64,000 nucleotides of DNA from Syntrophomonadaceae bacterium (GTDB taxonomy: Bacteria; Bacillota; Dethiobacteria; DTU022; UBA8154). Shown piece by piece: positions 33,394 through 43,429 of the stretch; the stretch's first letter is position 1, and each line of letters begins with the position of its first letter. The position numbers and the translations under genes are program-made. The notes beneath the pieces are model-generated. The model worked only from the letters and a program-made list of their open reading frames with translations, was not told the origin of the DNA and made no database searches. Location: NCBI GenBank assembly GCA_003563895.1, contig PWTK01000112.1, forward strand, positions 158 through 64,157, given 5' to 3'.

Positions 33394-34638
33394 TTACAGG
33401 TTATGCAGGTTTTTTAAGAAAGTGGCGTTGTCTTTGGTCCTTTTCAGCCTTTCAATGAAGGCTTCCAGGAATTCGGAGGAGGAGGTGATATTCATGGAGC
33501 GGCGGAGGGCCCACATAAGCTCAAGCGTGTCTTTGTCCAACAGCAGTTCCTCCCGGCGGGTGCCTGAGCGCGTGATGTCGATGGCCGGGAAGATCCTCCG
33601 CTCGGCCAGCTTGCGGTCCAGGTGGAGCTCCATGTTGCCCGTTCCCTTGAACTCTTCGTAAATCACATCGTCCATGCGGCTGCCGGTTTCCACCAGCGTG
33701 GTCCCCAGGATGGTTAAGCTGCCCCCCTCTTCGATGTTGCGGGCCGCCCCGAAAAAGCGTTTCGGTTTGTGAAAGGCGGCCGGATCAATGCCGCCGGAAA
33801 GCGTCCTGCCGCTGGGTGGGTTCACCAGGTTGTAAGCGCGGGTCAGGCGGGTGATGCTGTCCAAAAGGATGACTACGTGCAGTTCCTGTTCCACCATCCG
33901 CTGGGCCCGTTCCAGCACCAATTCGGCCAGCCGGATGTGGTTTTCCGGTTTCTCGTCAAAGGTAGAGCTGAGCACCTCTCCTTCCACCGAACGCTGCATA
34001 TCCGTAACCTCCTCCGGCCTTTCGTCGATCAAAAGGACGATCAGCCGCAGAAACGGGTAATTTCTCGTCAGGCTGTTGGCGATCATTTTCAGCAAAAACG
34101 TTTTCCCCGCCTTGGGAGGAGAAACGATCAGCCCGCGCTGCCCCTTGCCGATGGGCATCATCAAGTCGATAATGCGGGTGGCGTACTCTCCGGAGTCCTT
34201 CTCCAGCTTCAGCTGTTCATCGGGATGGATGGGGGTTAACTCGCTAAAAGGGGGACGTTGAGCGGCCTTTTCCGGGTCTGCGTTGTTCACCAATTCCACG
34301 TGCAGCAGTGCGTAATAGCGCTCGTTTTCCTTCGGTGGGCGCACCCTCCCAGAAACCAGGTCGCCGGTGCGCAGCCCAAAACGGCGGATCTGCGAAGCGG
34401 AAATGTAGATGTCGTCGTCGTGGGGGAGGTAGTTCACCCGGCGGAGAAAGCCGTACCCGTCCGGCATGATCTCCAGCACGCCTTCCGCAAAAATAAAGCC
34501 CTCCGACTCGGTCTCCTGCTTGAGTATCGCATAGATGAGATCTTTTTTCTTCATGGAGCTTACGCCCTTCAGTTCAACTTCCTTCGCCATGCGCTGCAGC
34601 TCTTCCAGGTTCATGGTTTCCAGTTCGCCCAGATTCAT
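33394..34638 (-). CDS. rho: Transcription termination factor Rho
   Basis: Walker A PPKAGKT and an N-terminal RNA-binding domain. The ATG at 34638 ([14 protein letters not shown]) follows GGGGGA; the ORF track starts at 34689. Confidence 0.97.
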   Translation of the reverse strand: MNLGELETMNLEELQRMAKEVELKGVSSMKKKDLIYAILKQETESEGFIFAEGVLEIMPDGYGFLRRVNYLPHDDDIYISASQIRRFGLRTGDLVSGRVRPPKENERYYALLHVELVNNADPEKAAQRPPFSELTPIHPDEQLKLEKDSGEYATRIIDLMMPIGKGQRGLIVSPPKAGKTFLLKMIANSLTRNYPFLRLIVLLIDERPEEVTDMQRSVEGEVLSSTFDEKPENHIRLAELVLERAQRMVEQELHVVILLDSITRLTRAYNLVNPPSGRTLSGGIDPAAFHKPKRFFGAARNIEEGGSLTILGTTLVETGSRMDDVIYEEFKGTGNMELHLDRKLAERRIFPAIDITRSGTRREELLLDKDTLELMWALRRSMNITSSSEFLEAFIERLKRTKDNATFLKNLHNL

Positions 34639-34663
34639 AAGGTCCCCCACTTTCTTCCTTAAT

Positions 34664-35089
34664 TCAACTTCGGTAATAGAGAAAAACAAAGGTGAACAGG
34701 TAAATCCCCAGGGCGGAGTTGCCCAGCATGGCTATACTCAATAACGCCGTTAAAGCCAGCCTCTTTTTGCGGACTGTCACCAGAGGGCCCGGCCCCTGCA
34801 CGATATCAATGAGGGCAATGATCGTCAGATTGAACAGCACGCTGCCGAAGATGTTCCCGCCGGCCAGGTCGGGAGCATCGATTACCACCGCCCTGCGCGA
34901 GGTGACCAGCTCCGGCAGGGAAGTAGCCAGGGGCAGCAGCAGGGCTCCCGCCCAGGCGCTGCTGAGGCCGAGGCCCGAAGAAATTTTTTCGGCGTTTCGG
35001 GCCAGCTGCGTTCCCGCCAGCAAGATGGCTGCCGCGCTGATGATAAAGAGGAAAGAGTTCTCCAGCATTATGCCCTGCACGCCCCACAT
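34664..35089 (-). CDS. Ca2+/cation antiporter (CaCA/YrbG) family, N-terminal half only (one alpha-repeat)
   Basis: 141 aa with [10 protein letters not shown] and [12 protein letters not shown] (alpha-1 repeat). There is no second alpha-repeat, and rho starts 25 nt downstream. Confidence 0.6.
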   Translation of the reverse strand: MWGVQGIMLENSFLFIISAAAILLAGTQLARNAEKISSGLGLSSAWAGALLLPLATSLPELVTSRRAVVIDAPDLAGGNIFGSVLFNLTIIALIDIVQGPGPLVTVRKKRLALTALLSIAMLGNSALGIYLFTFVFLYYRS

Positions 35090-35202
35090 AACAAATTTTT
35101 TGCGATTTGGCCCTCCTGCTAAAACTTAGTGCACAATAACATCATAACAGTGACGCATTATTTTACACAAAACCCTTTATTGTACCAGTATCATTAGTTT
35201 CC

Positions 35203-35301
35203 AAAGAGACATCCATGAAGCTTCGTTTCACCATCAGAAGGACGAAAATGTTCCCTTTCAAACAGGAAATTCATAGCGGCGGAGTTGCATTTTCAGGGTA
35301 G
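35203..35301 (+). repeat. Family-D repeat module, copy D2
   Basis: AAAGAGACATCCATGAAGCTTCGTTTCACCATCAGAAGGACGAAAATG...TTGCATTTTCAGGGTAG. Compare 45285-45386. Confidence 0.8.
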
Positions 35302-35433
35302 TTTCCAAAGAAATATATGACATTATGTTTGTGTTTAAGAAGCACTTAGGCATCATTAACCCTGCAGGGACTGCATCATCCGGCCATTCCCGACCGGTAT
35401 TTTCCCGCACCTGCCCACGGCGGGAACAATCAA

Positions 35434-36099
35434 CTAGATGCTTTCACTGCTCCGGCTTTTCCCCCAATCGGCCAGAAATTTTTCGATCCCGCGGTCTGTT
35501 AGGGGATGGACGGCCATCTGCTGCAAGACGGAAAAGGGTACTGTCGCTATGTGGGCGCCCGCTGCCGCCACCTCGTGGACGTGGCGGGGATGCCGGATGC
35601 TGGCGGCAATGATCCTGGACTCCAGGCCCTGCACCTCAAATACGTCCACCATCTCTTCCACCAGCCCGACCCCGTCCCAGCCAATGTCATCCACTCGCCC
35701 AATAAAGGGGCTGATGTATGCCGCGCCTGCGCGGGCCGCCAGCAGGGCCTGGTTCACGGAAAAAACCAGCGTCACGTTACAGCGCACCTTATCTTCTCCA
35801 CGCCCCAGTTCGTAAACTGCCTTCAGGCCTTCGCCTCCCATCGGGATTTTTACCACGATGTTGGGCGCGATGGCGGCGAGGCGGCGGGCCTCTTCCACCA
35901 TCCCCCCTGCCTCGGTGCTGAGCACCTCTACGCTCACCGGGCCGCCCTCAACCAGGCTGCAGATGCCCTTTACCAGTTCGTTAAAAGGCTCCTTTTCCTT
36001 GGACATGAGGGAGGGATTGGTCGTCACGCCACCGATGACACCCCAGGAAGAAGCTTCTTCAATTTCTTTCAAGTTCGCCGAGTCCAGGAAAAACTCCAT
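35434..36099 (-). CDS. tal: Transaldolase / fructose-6-phosphate aldolase (family 3B)
   Basis: 221 aa, [15 protein letters not shown]...GVTTNPSL and the Schiff-base Lys region (VVKIP). Confidence 0.93.
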   Translation of the reverse strand: MEFFLDSANLKEIEEASSWGVIGGVTTNPSLMSKEKEPFNELVKGICSLVEGGPVSVEVLSTEAGGMVEEARRLAAIAPNIVVKIPMGGEGLKAVYELGRGEDKVRCNVTLVFSVNQALLAARAGAAYISPFIGRVDDIGWDGVGLVEEMVDVFEVQGLESRIIAASIRHPRHVHEVAAAGAHIATVPFSVLQQMAVHPLTDRGIEKFLADWGKSRSSESI

Positions 36100-36579
36100 T
36101 GCTCTTCCCCCTTCTCAGTTGGTAGGCACAGATGCCTGCTTCCGCTTCGCCGAAGCAGGCAGAGAGCTTTTCATATTTCCAATTCACCGCCCGGCCCGCC
36201 CGCGGCAGCGCTATCCGGGCAGGGATGACACCTTTTCTTCCGGCCAACCCCTTTACCGCTGCCCCTTCCAGATACTTCACTCGAACAATACACACCGCAG
36301 AAACACCCGAACGACTCCGGTTGGCAGAGGGGCGGCACCCCATGCGGCAGACCCCCGGGGTGCAGGCACAAATCTTTTTCTTAGATTTATCTTGCCTCCC
36401 GCGCAGGGGAGCAGAGATGAAACAAGGACAAACCTCCGTGATGCGGGTTTTTCCGGTCCTTTTCCGCTCCAAGGAAATAAGCAGGTGTTCCCGCATTCAG
36501 GTGGGGCTGTTGCCGCAAATGGGCGGGATTGAGGTGAAAGCATTTCCGGCAAACTCTCCGCTGAAGCAGCCCACCCAGC

Positions 36580-37245
36580 CTAGAGGGGCGGCACATCGGT
36601 TATGCTTTCCAGGGCCTGTATCAAGAAGGGAATGACGAAAACAATCGCCAGCAGCAGGAAAAGAATGACGGCAACCAACAGCGCAATCAAAGGCATAAAA
36701 TAGACGAGCAGCGCGCGCGCAGAAGAGAACCCGTGAACGACTTTCAAACCGTACACTTTGAGCAGGAGGGACCATAAGAAAGCGCCCAGGACAAAAATAC
36801 CCATCAGGTCGATCACTGTGTACCTCGAGATCAGCCCTCCCAGGGCGACCACCAGGTAAGGGAGTTGAGCGTATCCGAGCACCGCTCCCAACTTGTAAGC
36901 CGACCCCGTGCCGCCAAATAGGGTGGCCACAAAGTTCAGCACGGCCACGCCCAGCAAAAACAGAAGCGGCCCGAAGACGATGTGCAGCAGAACCGTCAGA
37001 ATTGGAAATGCGCGGGACAGGGCTTCCAGCAGTTCCATGCGTACCATGGAAGCCAGATCTGGAGGGAGATCCAACAGCCCGTTCACCTGCTGGGAGAGGT
37101 GGATGCTGCTTAGTGATACCACAAGTGCAACCATCAAGTAAACGAGCAGCCCGTGCCAGAGGCTGTTGTTTTTCGCTACCCGGGAGAGACCCTTGCGGGG
37201 ATTGAAGAGTACTTCAGAAAAGTCTTCAGGAAAGCTTTTCAGCAT
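36580..37245 (-). CDS. Yip1-domain-like polytopic membrane protein
   Basis: 221 aa, 5 TM. The family assignment is by overall pattern only. Confidence 0.45.
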   Translation of the reverse strand: MLKSFPEDFSEVLFNPRKGLSRVAKNNSLWHGLLVYLMVALVVSLSSIHLSQQVNGLLDLPPDLASMVRMELLEALSRAFPILTVLLHIVFGPLLFLLGVAVLNFVATLFGGTGSAYKLGAVLGYAQLPYLVVALGGLISRYTVIDLMGIFVLGAFLWSLLLKVYGLKVVHGFSSARALLVYFMPLIALLVAVILFLLLAIVFVIPFLIQALESITDVPPL

Positions 37246-37379
37246 AGGCTCTCCTTTCCAGCGCTGAGAGAGCAGCCCGCTGGTAAATGATGTAAGAAGA
37301 AGGGTGCGGAAACAATCCGGGATCAGGTGCTTTGATGCAGAAATTTTCCTGTCTAAATCTTATTCTCCCTGAAGGGAGT

Positions 37380-39032
37380 TTAATCCTGCCTCCCCTCCCT
37401 TAAATAAGCCTCTTTTTCATAACCGTGCAGCAGGGAGCGGCCGATAAAATCCCGGAAGAGCGGATGGGGCTTGTTCGGCCGGGATTTAAACTCTGCGTGG
37501 AACTGGGTGGCGACAAACCAGGGATGGTCCTGCAGCTCGATGATCTCGACGAAACGGTCATCGGGGGAGGTGCCGGAAAATAACACGCCGAACCTTTCGA
37601 GCAATTCCCTGTAATGATTGTTGAATTCATAGCGGTGCCGGTGCCTTTCGTAAACGAACTCTTCCCGATACGCATCAAACGCTCTGCTGTTCTCGGAAAG
37701 CTTGCAGGGGTAAAGGCCCAGCCTCATTGTGCCTCCCTTGTAGGTGATGTCCTTCTGGTCCGGCATGAGATCCAGTATGGGGTAAGGGGTTTCGGGATCA
37801 AATTCCATGGAATTGGCCTTTTCCAGGCGGCACAGGTTCCGGGCAAATTCAATCACAGCACAGTGCATGCCCAGACAAATGCCGAGAAAAGGAAGTTCCT
37901 TCTCCCGGGCATGCTGCACGGCCCGGATTTTCCCCTCGATGCCGCGGCTCCCAAAGCCACCGGGTATGATAATCCCGTGCACCCCTTCAAATGCCCGTTC
38001 CAGTTCCCCGGGGAGCATCTCCTCCAGCTGCTCTGCTTCAATCCAGCGCATCTCCACGCTGGCATCGTGATATATGCCGGCGTGAGAAAGGGCTTCGATA
38101 ACGCTGAGATAGGCATCTTTCAGGGCCGTATATTTGCCCACCAGGGCGATGGTGACCTCGTCTTTGACGCTGTTGAACTTCCACACCATCTCCTCCCAGC
38201 TCTGCAGGTCGGCCTCATGCATCTCGAGGCCGAGTTTCTCCAGGGTGATCATGTCCAGGCCCTCTTCTTTTAAGAAGAGGGGCACCTGGTAAATGTTCGG
38301 CACGCTGCGGTTTTCAACCACTTCACGCGGCTTGATGTCGCAGAAGAGGGCGATCTTGTCCCTGATGTCCTCTCCCAGGGTGTGCTCGGTGCGGCAGACG
38401 ATAATGTCCGGCTGGATACCGATGCTGCGCAGCTCTTTCACGCTGTGCTGGGTGGGCTTGGTCTTCAGCTCTCCGGACGGCTCCAAAAACGGCATCAGCG
38501 TCACGTGGATGTAGCAAACGTTTTCCTTCCCCAGGTCCGTTTTCATCTGGCGGATCGCTTCCAGGAAGGGCAGCCCCTCGATGTCCCCGACCGTTCCGCC
38601 GATTTCGCAGATCACCACATCTACCTCGGCTTCCCTGCCCACCTGTTTAATGCTGTCCTTGATCTGGTTGGTGATATGGGGAATTACCTGGACCGTGCCT
38701 CCCAGGAAATCACCGCTGCGTTCGCGGTTGATTACGGACCAGTAGATCTTGCCTGCCGTTACGTTGTTGTTTTTGGTCAGGTTAAAATCGATAAAGCGTT
38801 CGTAATGGCCCAGGTCAAGGTCTGTTTCCGCGCCGTCGTCGGTCACAAATACCTCGCCGTGCTGGTAAGGATTCATGGTGCCGGGGTCGATGTTGATATA
38901 GGGATCCAGCTTCTGAATGCTGACCCTGTAGCCGCGGCTTTTCAAAAGGCACCCCAAAGATGCTGCAGTAATTCCTTTGCCCAGAGAAGAAACCACACCG
39001 CCCGTGATGAAGACATATTTTACCCGTCTCAT
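37380..39032 (-). CDS. pyrG: CTP synthase
   Basis: [16 protein letters not shown] and glutaminase Cys (LGICLGMH). ATG at 39032; the ORF track starts at 39122. Confidence 0.98.
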   Translation of the reverse strand: MRRVKYVFITGGVVSSLGKGITAASLGCLLKSRGYRVSIQKLDPYINIDPGTMNPYQHGEVFVTDDGAETDLDLGHYERFIDFNLTKNNNVTAGKIYWSVINRERSGDFLGGTVQVIPHITNQIKDSIKQVGREAEVDVVICEIGGTVGDIEGLPFLEAIRQMKTDLGKENVCYIHVTLMPFLEPSGELKTKPTQHSVKELRSIGIQPDIIVCRTEHTLGEDIRDKIALFCDIKPREVVENRSVPNIYQVPLFLKEEGLDMITLEKLGLEMHEADLQSWEEMVWKFNSVKDEVTIALVGKYTALKDAYLSVIEALSHAGIYHDASVEMRWIEAEQLEEMLPGELERAFEGVHGIIIPGGFGSRGIEGKIRAVQHAREKELPFLGICLGMHCAVIEFARNLCRLEKANSMEFDPETPYPILDLMPDQKDITYKGGTMRLGLYPCKLSENSRAFDAYREEFVYERHRHRYEFNNHYRELLERFGVLFSGTSPDDRFVEIIELQDHPWFVATQFHAEFKSRPNKPHPLFRDFIGRSLLHGYEKEAYLREGRQD

Positions 39033-39210
39033 GCAATTCTCTCCCTTGTCCAAAATCGAGTCCTGTCCAAGCTGCCGACATCCCGCCCGCTTAGAGGAGG
39101 GCGGACAGGCGAAAGAAATCAATCAACCCTCAAACCGTACCTGCATCAACTGGCCGGATTGCCTGAACAAATAGGCTGCCGCGCTCATTTCGGTAATCCT
39201 TCGACCTCCC

Positions 39211-40038
39211 TCAATCTTCCAGCAAACGCTGCACGAAGCGAGGGAGGGCAAAGGAGCTGCGGTGAACCTGGGGAGTGTAGTATCTGGTATCCTCAACCAC
39301 ACAGGGGTTTGCCGGCTCGAGGGGGTCGTACCGCTTCGAGCCGAGCATAAAGCTCCACAGGCCGCTGGGATAGCTGGGGACGGAAGCCAGGTAAAGGTAG
39401 CGCAGGGGAAAGATTCCCTTTATGCGGCGGTAAACCGTGCTGATAAGCGCAGCGTTAAAAAAGGGAGATTCTGTCTGCGCCACCATCAGCCCGTCTTCTT
39501 TTAGTGCCCGGAAGGTACTTTCGTAAAAAGAGGAGCCAAAAAGCCCCACCGCCGGCCCAACCGGTTCGGTAGAGTCCACGATCACCACGTCAAAAAAGGA
39601 GCGGTGCTGGCGGACAAAATCCACCCCGTCCGAATACTCGATCTTCACCCGCGGATCTTCCAGGGAATCGCTGAGCTCGGGCAGATAACTCCTGGACGCT
39701 TCCACCACCCGCGGATCGATCTCCACCAGCGTCACCTCTTCCAGCTGGGGGTGTTTTAACAATTCCCGGATGGTACCTCCGTCTCCTCCGCCCACCACCA
39801 AAACGTTTGCCGGTGAGGCGTGGGTCAGCATGGGCACGTGGGCGATCATCTCGTGGTAAACGAACTCGTCCATTTCGGTCGCCTGAACCATGCCGTCCAG
39901 CACCAACATGCGCCCAAACCGGAAGGTATCCAGCACCGCCAGGTCCTGGTAATGCGTTTTCACCCGGTAAAGGGTTCTCTTCACCTTGCAGGAGAGCGCC
40001 ACGTCCGGCGTTTGTTTTTCCGTAAACCAGAGCTCCAT
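39211..40038 (-). CDS. speE: Spermidine synthase
   Basis: 275 aa, VLVVGGGDGGTIREL. Full-length family match. Confidence 0.95.
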   Translation of the reverse strand: MELWFTEKQTPDVALSCKVKRTLYRVKTHYQDLAVLDTFRFGRMLVLDGMVQATEMDEFVYHEMIAHVPMLTHASPANVLVVGGGDGGTIRELLKHPQLEEVTLVEIDPRVVEASRSYLPELSDSLEDPRVKIEYSDGVDFVRQHRSFFDVVIVDSTEPVGPAVGLFGSSFYESTFRALKEDGLMVAQTESPFFNAALISTVYRRIKGIFPLRYLYLASVPSYPSGLWSFMLGSKRYDPLEPANPCVVEDTRYYTPQVHRSSFALPRFVQRLLED

Positions 40039-40166
40039 GGTTCACCCTCCTGAAGTGACCGTTTTCTCTTGATCCGGGAAGCAGACACCAGGTGGAAAGA
40101 AAAGCAGTTAATTAAAAAGCGGCTTATTAAACTCCAATGTTGATATTGTCTTTAAATGGATCGGGG

Positions 40167-40204
40167 TTATTGCTGCATAACAAAGTTGTTGCTGCATAAC
40201 AAAG
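40167..40204 (+). repeat. Tandem 19-bp direct repeat (TTRTTGCTGCATAACAAAG x2) upstream of speE
   Basis: 40167-40185 and 40186-40204 differ at one position. Confidence 0.9.
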
Positions 40205-40439
40205 GAATGAAGCGGGTAATGAAGCAAATTGATCATCAACAATGGTTTTTAAAATGGCCGTAAAGGTTATCCCTGAAAATGATGTTTTCCTTCCAACCCA
40301 TTAGCAGTATGCTTCAAAAAACCGCTTCTGCAAGAGCCGGAAGACTGTTCAAGTTGGGTGAAATACCGGTGTTACAGAATATATGCCAAACAAATGGCCG
40401 GCCCCAAAAAGCGCGTTCAACGGCAAAAAGAGTTACGGG

Positions 40440-41099
40440 TCAAATTCTCGTCAAAAAGGGGTTATAGCGCTTCTCTTCCCCTACCGTGGTCGAGGGGCCG
40501 TGACCGGGGAAAACCTTTGTGTCATCGGGATAGACCAGGATTTTTGTTTTAATGCTTTCGATCAGCTGCGAAAAAGAGCCCCCCGGCAGGTCCGTGCGGC
40601 CGATGGATCCGGCAAATAGCGTGTCCCCGGTAAAAATGGCGCCGCCATCCTTCAAGGCGAGGGAGATCCCCCCCGGCGTATGGCCGGGAGTTTCAAGCAC
40701 CTTTAAATCCAGCGTTCCCGCTGTTAAGACATCCCCCTCGCGCACCGCCTGGTCGACGGGGGCCAGCTTCCCCTGTCCCATAAAGAGGGCCAGGGTAGCC
40801 TGCGGGCTGCGGTAGAGGGTCTTGTCCGCTTCGTGCCCCACCAGCGGGACTGCAAATTCCTTTTTCAATTCCGCATTGGCGCCCACATGGTCGATATGCC
40901 CGTGGGTATTGATAATAAATTTTACCGCCAGCTCCAACTCTTGAAGGCGCTTGATAATGGAAGCCCCTTCGGAGCCGGGATCGATCACAAACCCCTCCCG
41001 GGTTTCCGGACATCCCAGCAGGTAGCAGTTCGAGGCAAAAGCGCTTACTTCCATTCTTTCCAGAATCAATTTGCCGCCCTCCCTGGGCCTCAAAAACAC
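40440..41099 (-). CDS. MBL-fold metallo-hydrolase (hydroxyacylglutathione-hydrolase-like)
   Basis: 219 aa, THGHIDHVG motif and later TPGHTPG. Confidence 0.85.
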   Translation of the reverse strand: MFLRPREGGKLILERMEVSAFASNCYLLGCPETREGFVIDPGSEGASIIKRLQELELAVKFIINTHGHIDHVGANAELKKEFAVPLVGHEADKTLYRSPQATLALFMGQGKLAPVDQAVREGDVLTAGTLDLKVLETPGHTPGGISLALKDGGAIFTGDTLFAGSIGRTDLPGGSFSQLIESIKTKILVYPDDTKVFPGHGPSTTVGEEKRYNPFLTRI

Positions 41100-41233
41100 A
41101 AAAGGGCTTATCCCCCTTTGCCTGAGAAGTTTTTCTGCACCTGTTCAGGGGTCAAAGTTTGTGGGGAGCGCTGCCGCGCGGACGGTCCGAGCGTCACCGC
41201 ACCGAAGCGGGGCAAAGGGAGATTCCCCCGAAA

Positions 41234-41398
41234 GAGGTGTGCCCTCCATGCCCTGAAATAATGACATTCTTCCGTGGGAGGTGTGTCCCCCCCTATCTTG
41301 AAAAATGACCTGAAAGATGACATTCCTCTGAAGGGTTGTGTACTCCCACCTTGAAAAATAACCCCCCGCAGAAAGTGTGTCCCCATACCTCAAAAAGG
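41234..41398. repeat. Four degenerate tandem repeats (unit about 38-55 bp: GGTGTGTCCCC...CTTGAAAAATRAC)
   Basis: Units begin at about 41234, 41278, 41333 and 41372. The shared cores are GTGTG(T/C)(C/A)C and (C/T)TGAAA(A/T)A. Confidence 0.7.
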
Positions 41399-41658
41399 AG
41401 AAGATGGAACGGCCCACTGTGGCACGCGTATTATGCCTGGCCAGTTTCGTGCTTCCATGATATTTTCAGGGCACACCCGTCAAGCGGATTTGGATTTCAG
41501 GTTATCTATTTTTATTATACATCACAGCCTTGTTTCCCTTTTTTTACGTCAAATTTCATCCCGATTTTGTTTTTGTGCACCTTACCTTTGACCAAAAATC
41601 ACGCCGCGCAGTTCGCACCCGGGGTCCCCGCAGTTTTCATGGCTCCTTATAACAGAAT

Positions 41659-41810
41659 CAGACTATCAGTTTACTCAGGATGACAATGAAAGAAGTCCCG
41701 CAAAAATAGAGTTTTAAAAGGTCACACTTACAAAAAAGGTCTTGATCTTCTAAAGATGTATTTGGGAGGCCACCCAACAAGAATTCCCTGAGTTAAGTTG
41801 ATAGTCATGT
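41659..41810 (+). repeat. Family-C interspersed repeat, copy C3
   Basis: Aligns over its full length with C1, C2 and C4. Belongs to the CAGACTATC / GAAGTCCCGC subfamily with C4. Confidence 0.9.
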
Positions 41811-41815
41811 AACAG

Positions 41816-41932
41816 AAGTGTTGACAGCTTCAAATGCTCTTTTTTCTTGTTTCATTTCTTTCTCCATTTTCTTAATTCGGGAGGATAAAAGCTTTTTTCG
41901 CCGAACATCGACACTTGTATTAAAAAGAGACA
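41816..41932 (+). repeat. Family-A interspersed repeat (intact reference copy)
   Basis: Terminal inverted repeat AAGTGTTGA (41817-41825) and TCGACACTT (41909-41917). Aligns with 17065-17185, 45178-45290 and the split copy at 366-583. Confidence 0.85.
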
Positions 41933-42067
41933 TTTTCAAAAAGTCCCCTGTATACCCAAATGCTGAAACTGCGAGGAATAGATTGTGGTTCTTACTGCGC
42001 AAAAAAGTAATAAAACGGGCAGTGAAGCAAATTGGTTCCATGAACTATGCTTTTCAAAAGAAACAGC

Positions 42068-42225
42068 CGGGAAGCTTCGCTTCCCCATCAGATGGGGGAA
42101 AATAGGCCCACCCCGGGCAAAGAGTCAATCACAAGCGACTTGCACTTTCAGAGTGGGCCCCGGCCCCCCTAAAAGGGGGGGCACCATCAGAAGGATGAAA
42201 TGGAAGTGCCTTATTTTCAGAGCAG
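42068..42225 (+). repeat. Family-D modules (two partial copies, D3a and D3b)
   Basis: GGGAAGCTTCGCTTCCCCATCAGATGGGGGAAAAT...CCCACCCCGGGCAAAGAGTCAATCACAAGCGACTTGCACTTTCAGAGTGG, then GCACCATCAGAAGGATGAAATGG...TTATTTTCAGAGCAG. Confidence 0.75.
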
Positions 42226-42253
42226 CCTTCGAGAAAATTGCCCCCCTTGCGGC

Positions 42254-43429
42254 CTATTGGTTTTCCACCTCGTCCAGGCAGGACCTGATGTAGTTTTCCA
42301 TCTGCTGGAATTCAATCAGGAAGGCGTCGTGGCCGTGGGGAGACTGAAGCTCTTCGTAGCGGGCATCCACCCCGCAGCGCCTCATTTCAACCCCCAGGCC
42401 GCGCACCTCCCGGGGATAGAAAAGAATATCCGAGCTGATCCCCATCAAAAATACTTTGGAGCGGATGCGGCGGAGCGCCCCTTCGAAGGAGGTACAGCCC
42501 CTTCCCAGATCGTGAAGATCCATGGCCTTGCTCAGATACAGGTAGGTGTTCGGATCGAAGCGGCGGGTCAATTTCTCGCCCTGGTGGTCCAGGTAGCTTT
42601 CCACCGCGAACGGCTCAAAAAAGGCAAAGGGGTGGGTCTCTGCGGCCCGCTGCAGTGCCCTGCCGAAACGCCTCTCAAAGGATTCGTTGCTGCGGTAAGT
42701 GATGGTGGCAATAATCCGGGCCAGTGACAGCCCCTCGTGGGGAAAATCTCTGCCGTAATAACGGCCCTTCTGCCAGGCCGGGTCGCTCATGATCGCCCTT
42801 CGAGCCGCCTGGTTAAAGGCTATGCCGATGGGCGAAAAGCGGCCTGAACAGGCGACAGCGATGGCGCTTCCCACCATGTGGGGATACATTGCGGCCCATT
42901 CCAGCGCCTGCATTCCCCCCATGGAACCGCCTGCTGCGGCAACCAGTTCTTTCACCCCCAGGTGATCCAGCAATCTCTTCTGGGCCCGCACCATGTCCTT
43001 GATGGTCACCACCGGGAAATTCATGCCGTAGTGCTGCCCCCTTTTGGGGTCAAGGGAGGAGGGCCCGGTTGTCCCGTAACAACCTCCAAGCAGGTTGCTG
43101 CATATGACGAAGTAGCGGTCCGTATCAAAGGCCCTGCCGGGGCCTACCAGCGGCTCCCACCAGCCCCTTTCTTTTTCCGGCCGGGGCGGCTCGCCCACCA
43201 GCGACCCACCCGTCAGTGCATGGGCGATATAGATGGCATTGTTTCCTGCAGAAGAAAGCCTGCCGTAAGTCTGGTAATTGATTGTCACGGGGCCCAGGGG
43301 CACCCCGCTTTCCAGGAAAAAATGATCCGGCGGTTCGGCAAAACGGAATGTTCTCTCCCCCTCATAAGCGGGATAGAGGCTTTCCAGTTGGGCCGGGAAA
43401 AACGGGTCCCTCTCGTTCAGCATGTTCAC
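42254..43429 (-). CDS. metX: Homoserine O-acetyltransferase
   Basis: 391 aa. Alpha/beta-hydrolase nucleophile motif GGSMGGMQALEW. TAG stop. Confidence 0.93.
   Translation of the reverse strand: MNMLNERDPFFPAQLESLYPAYEGERTFRFAEPPDHFFLESGVPLGPVTINYQTYGRLSSAGNNAIYIAHALTGGSLVGEPPRPEKERGWWEPLVGPGRAFDTDRYFVICSNLLGGCYGTTGPSSLDPKRGQHYGMNFPVVTIKDMVRAQKRLLDHLGVKELVAAAGGSMGGMQALEWAAMYPHMVGSAIAVACSGRFSPIGIAFNQAARRAIMSDPAWQKGRYYGRDFPHEGLSLARIIATITYRSNESFERRFGRALQRAAETHPFAFFEPFAVESYLDHQGEKLTRRFDPNTYLYLSKAMDLHDLGRGCTSFEGALRRIRSKVFLMGISSDILFYPREVRGLGVEMRRCGVDARYEELQSPHGHDAFLIEFQQMENYIRSCLDEVENQ

Noticed and set aside
41234-41398. Possible degenerate CRISPR array.
   Set aside because: The units are contiguous and degenerate with no unique spacers. 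The period (38-55 nt) and the lack of a conserved palindromic repeat and of cas genes do not fit CRISPR.
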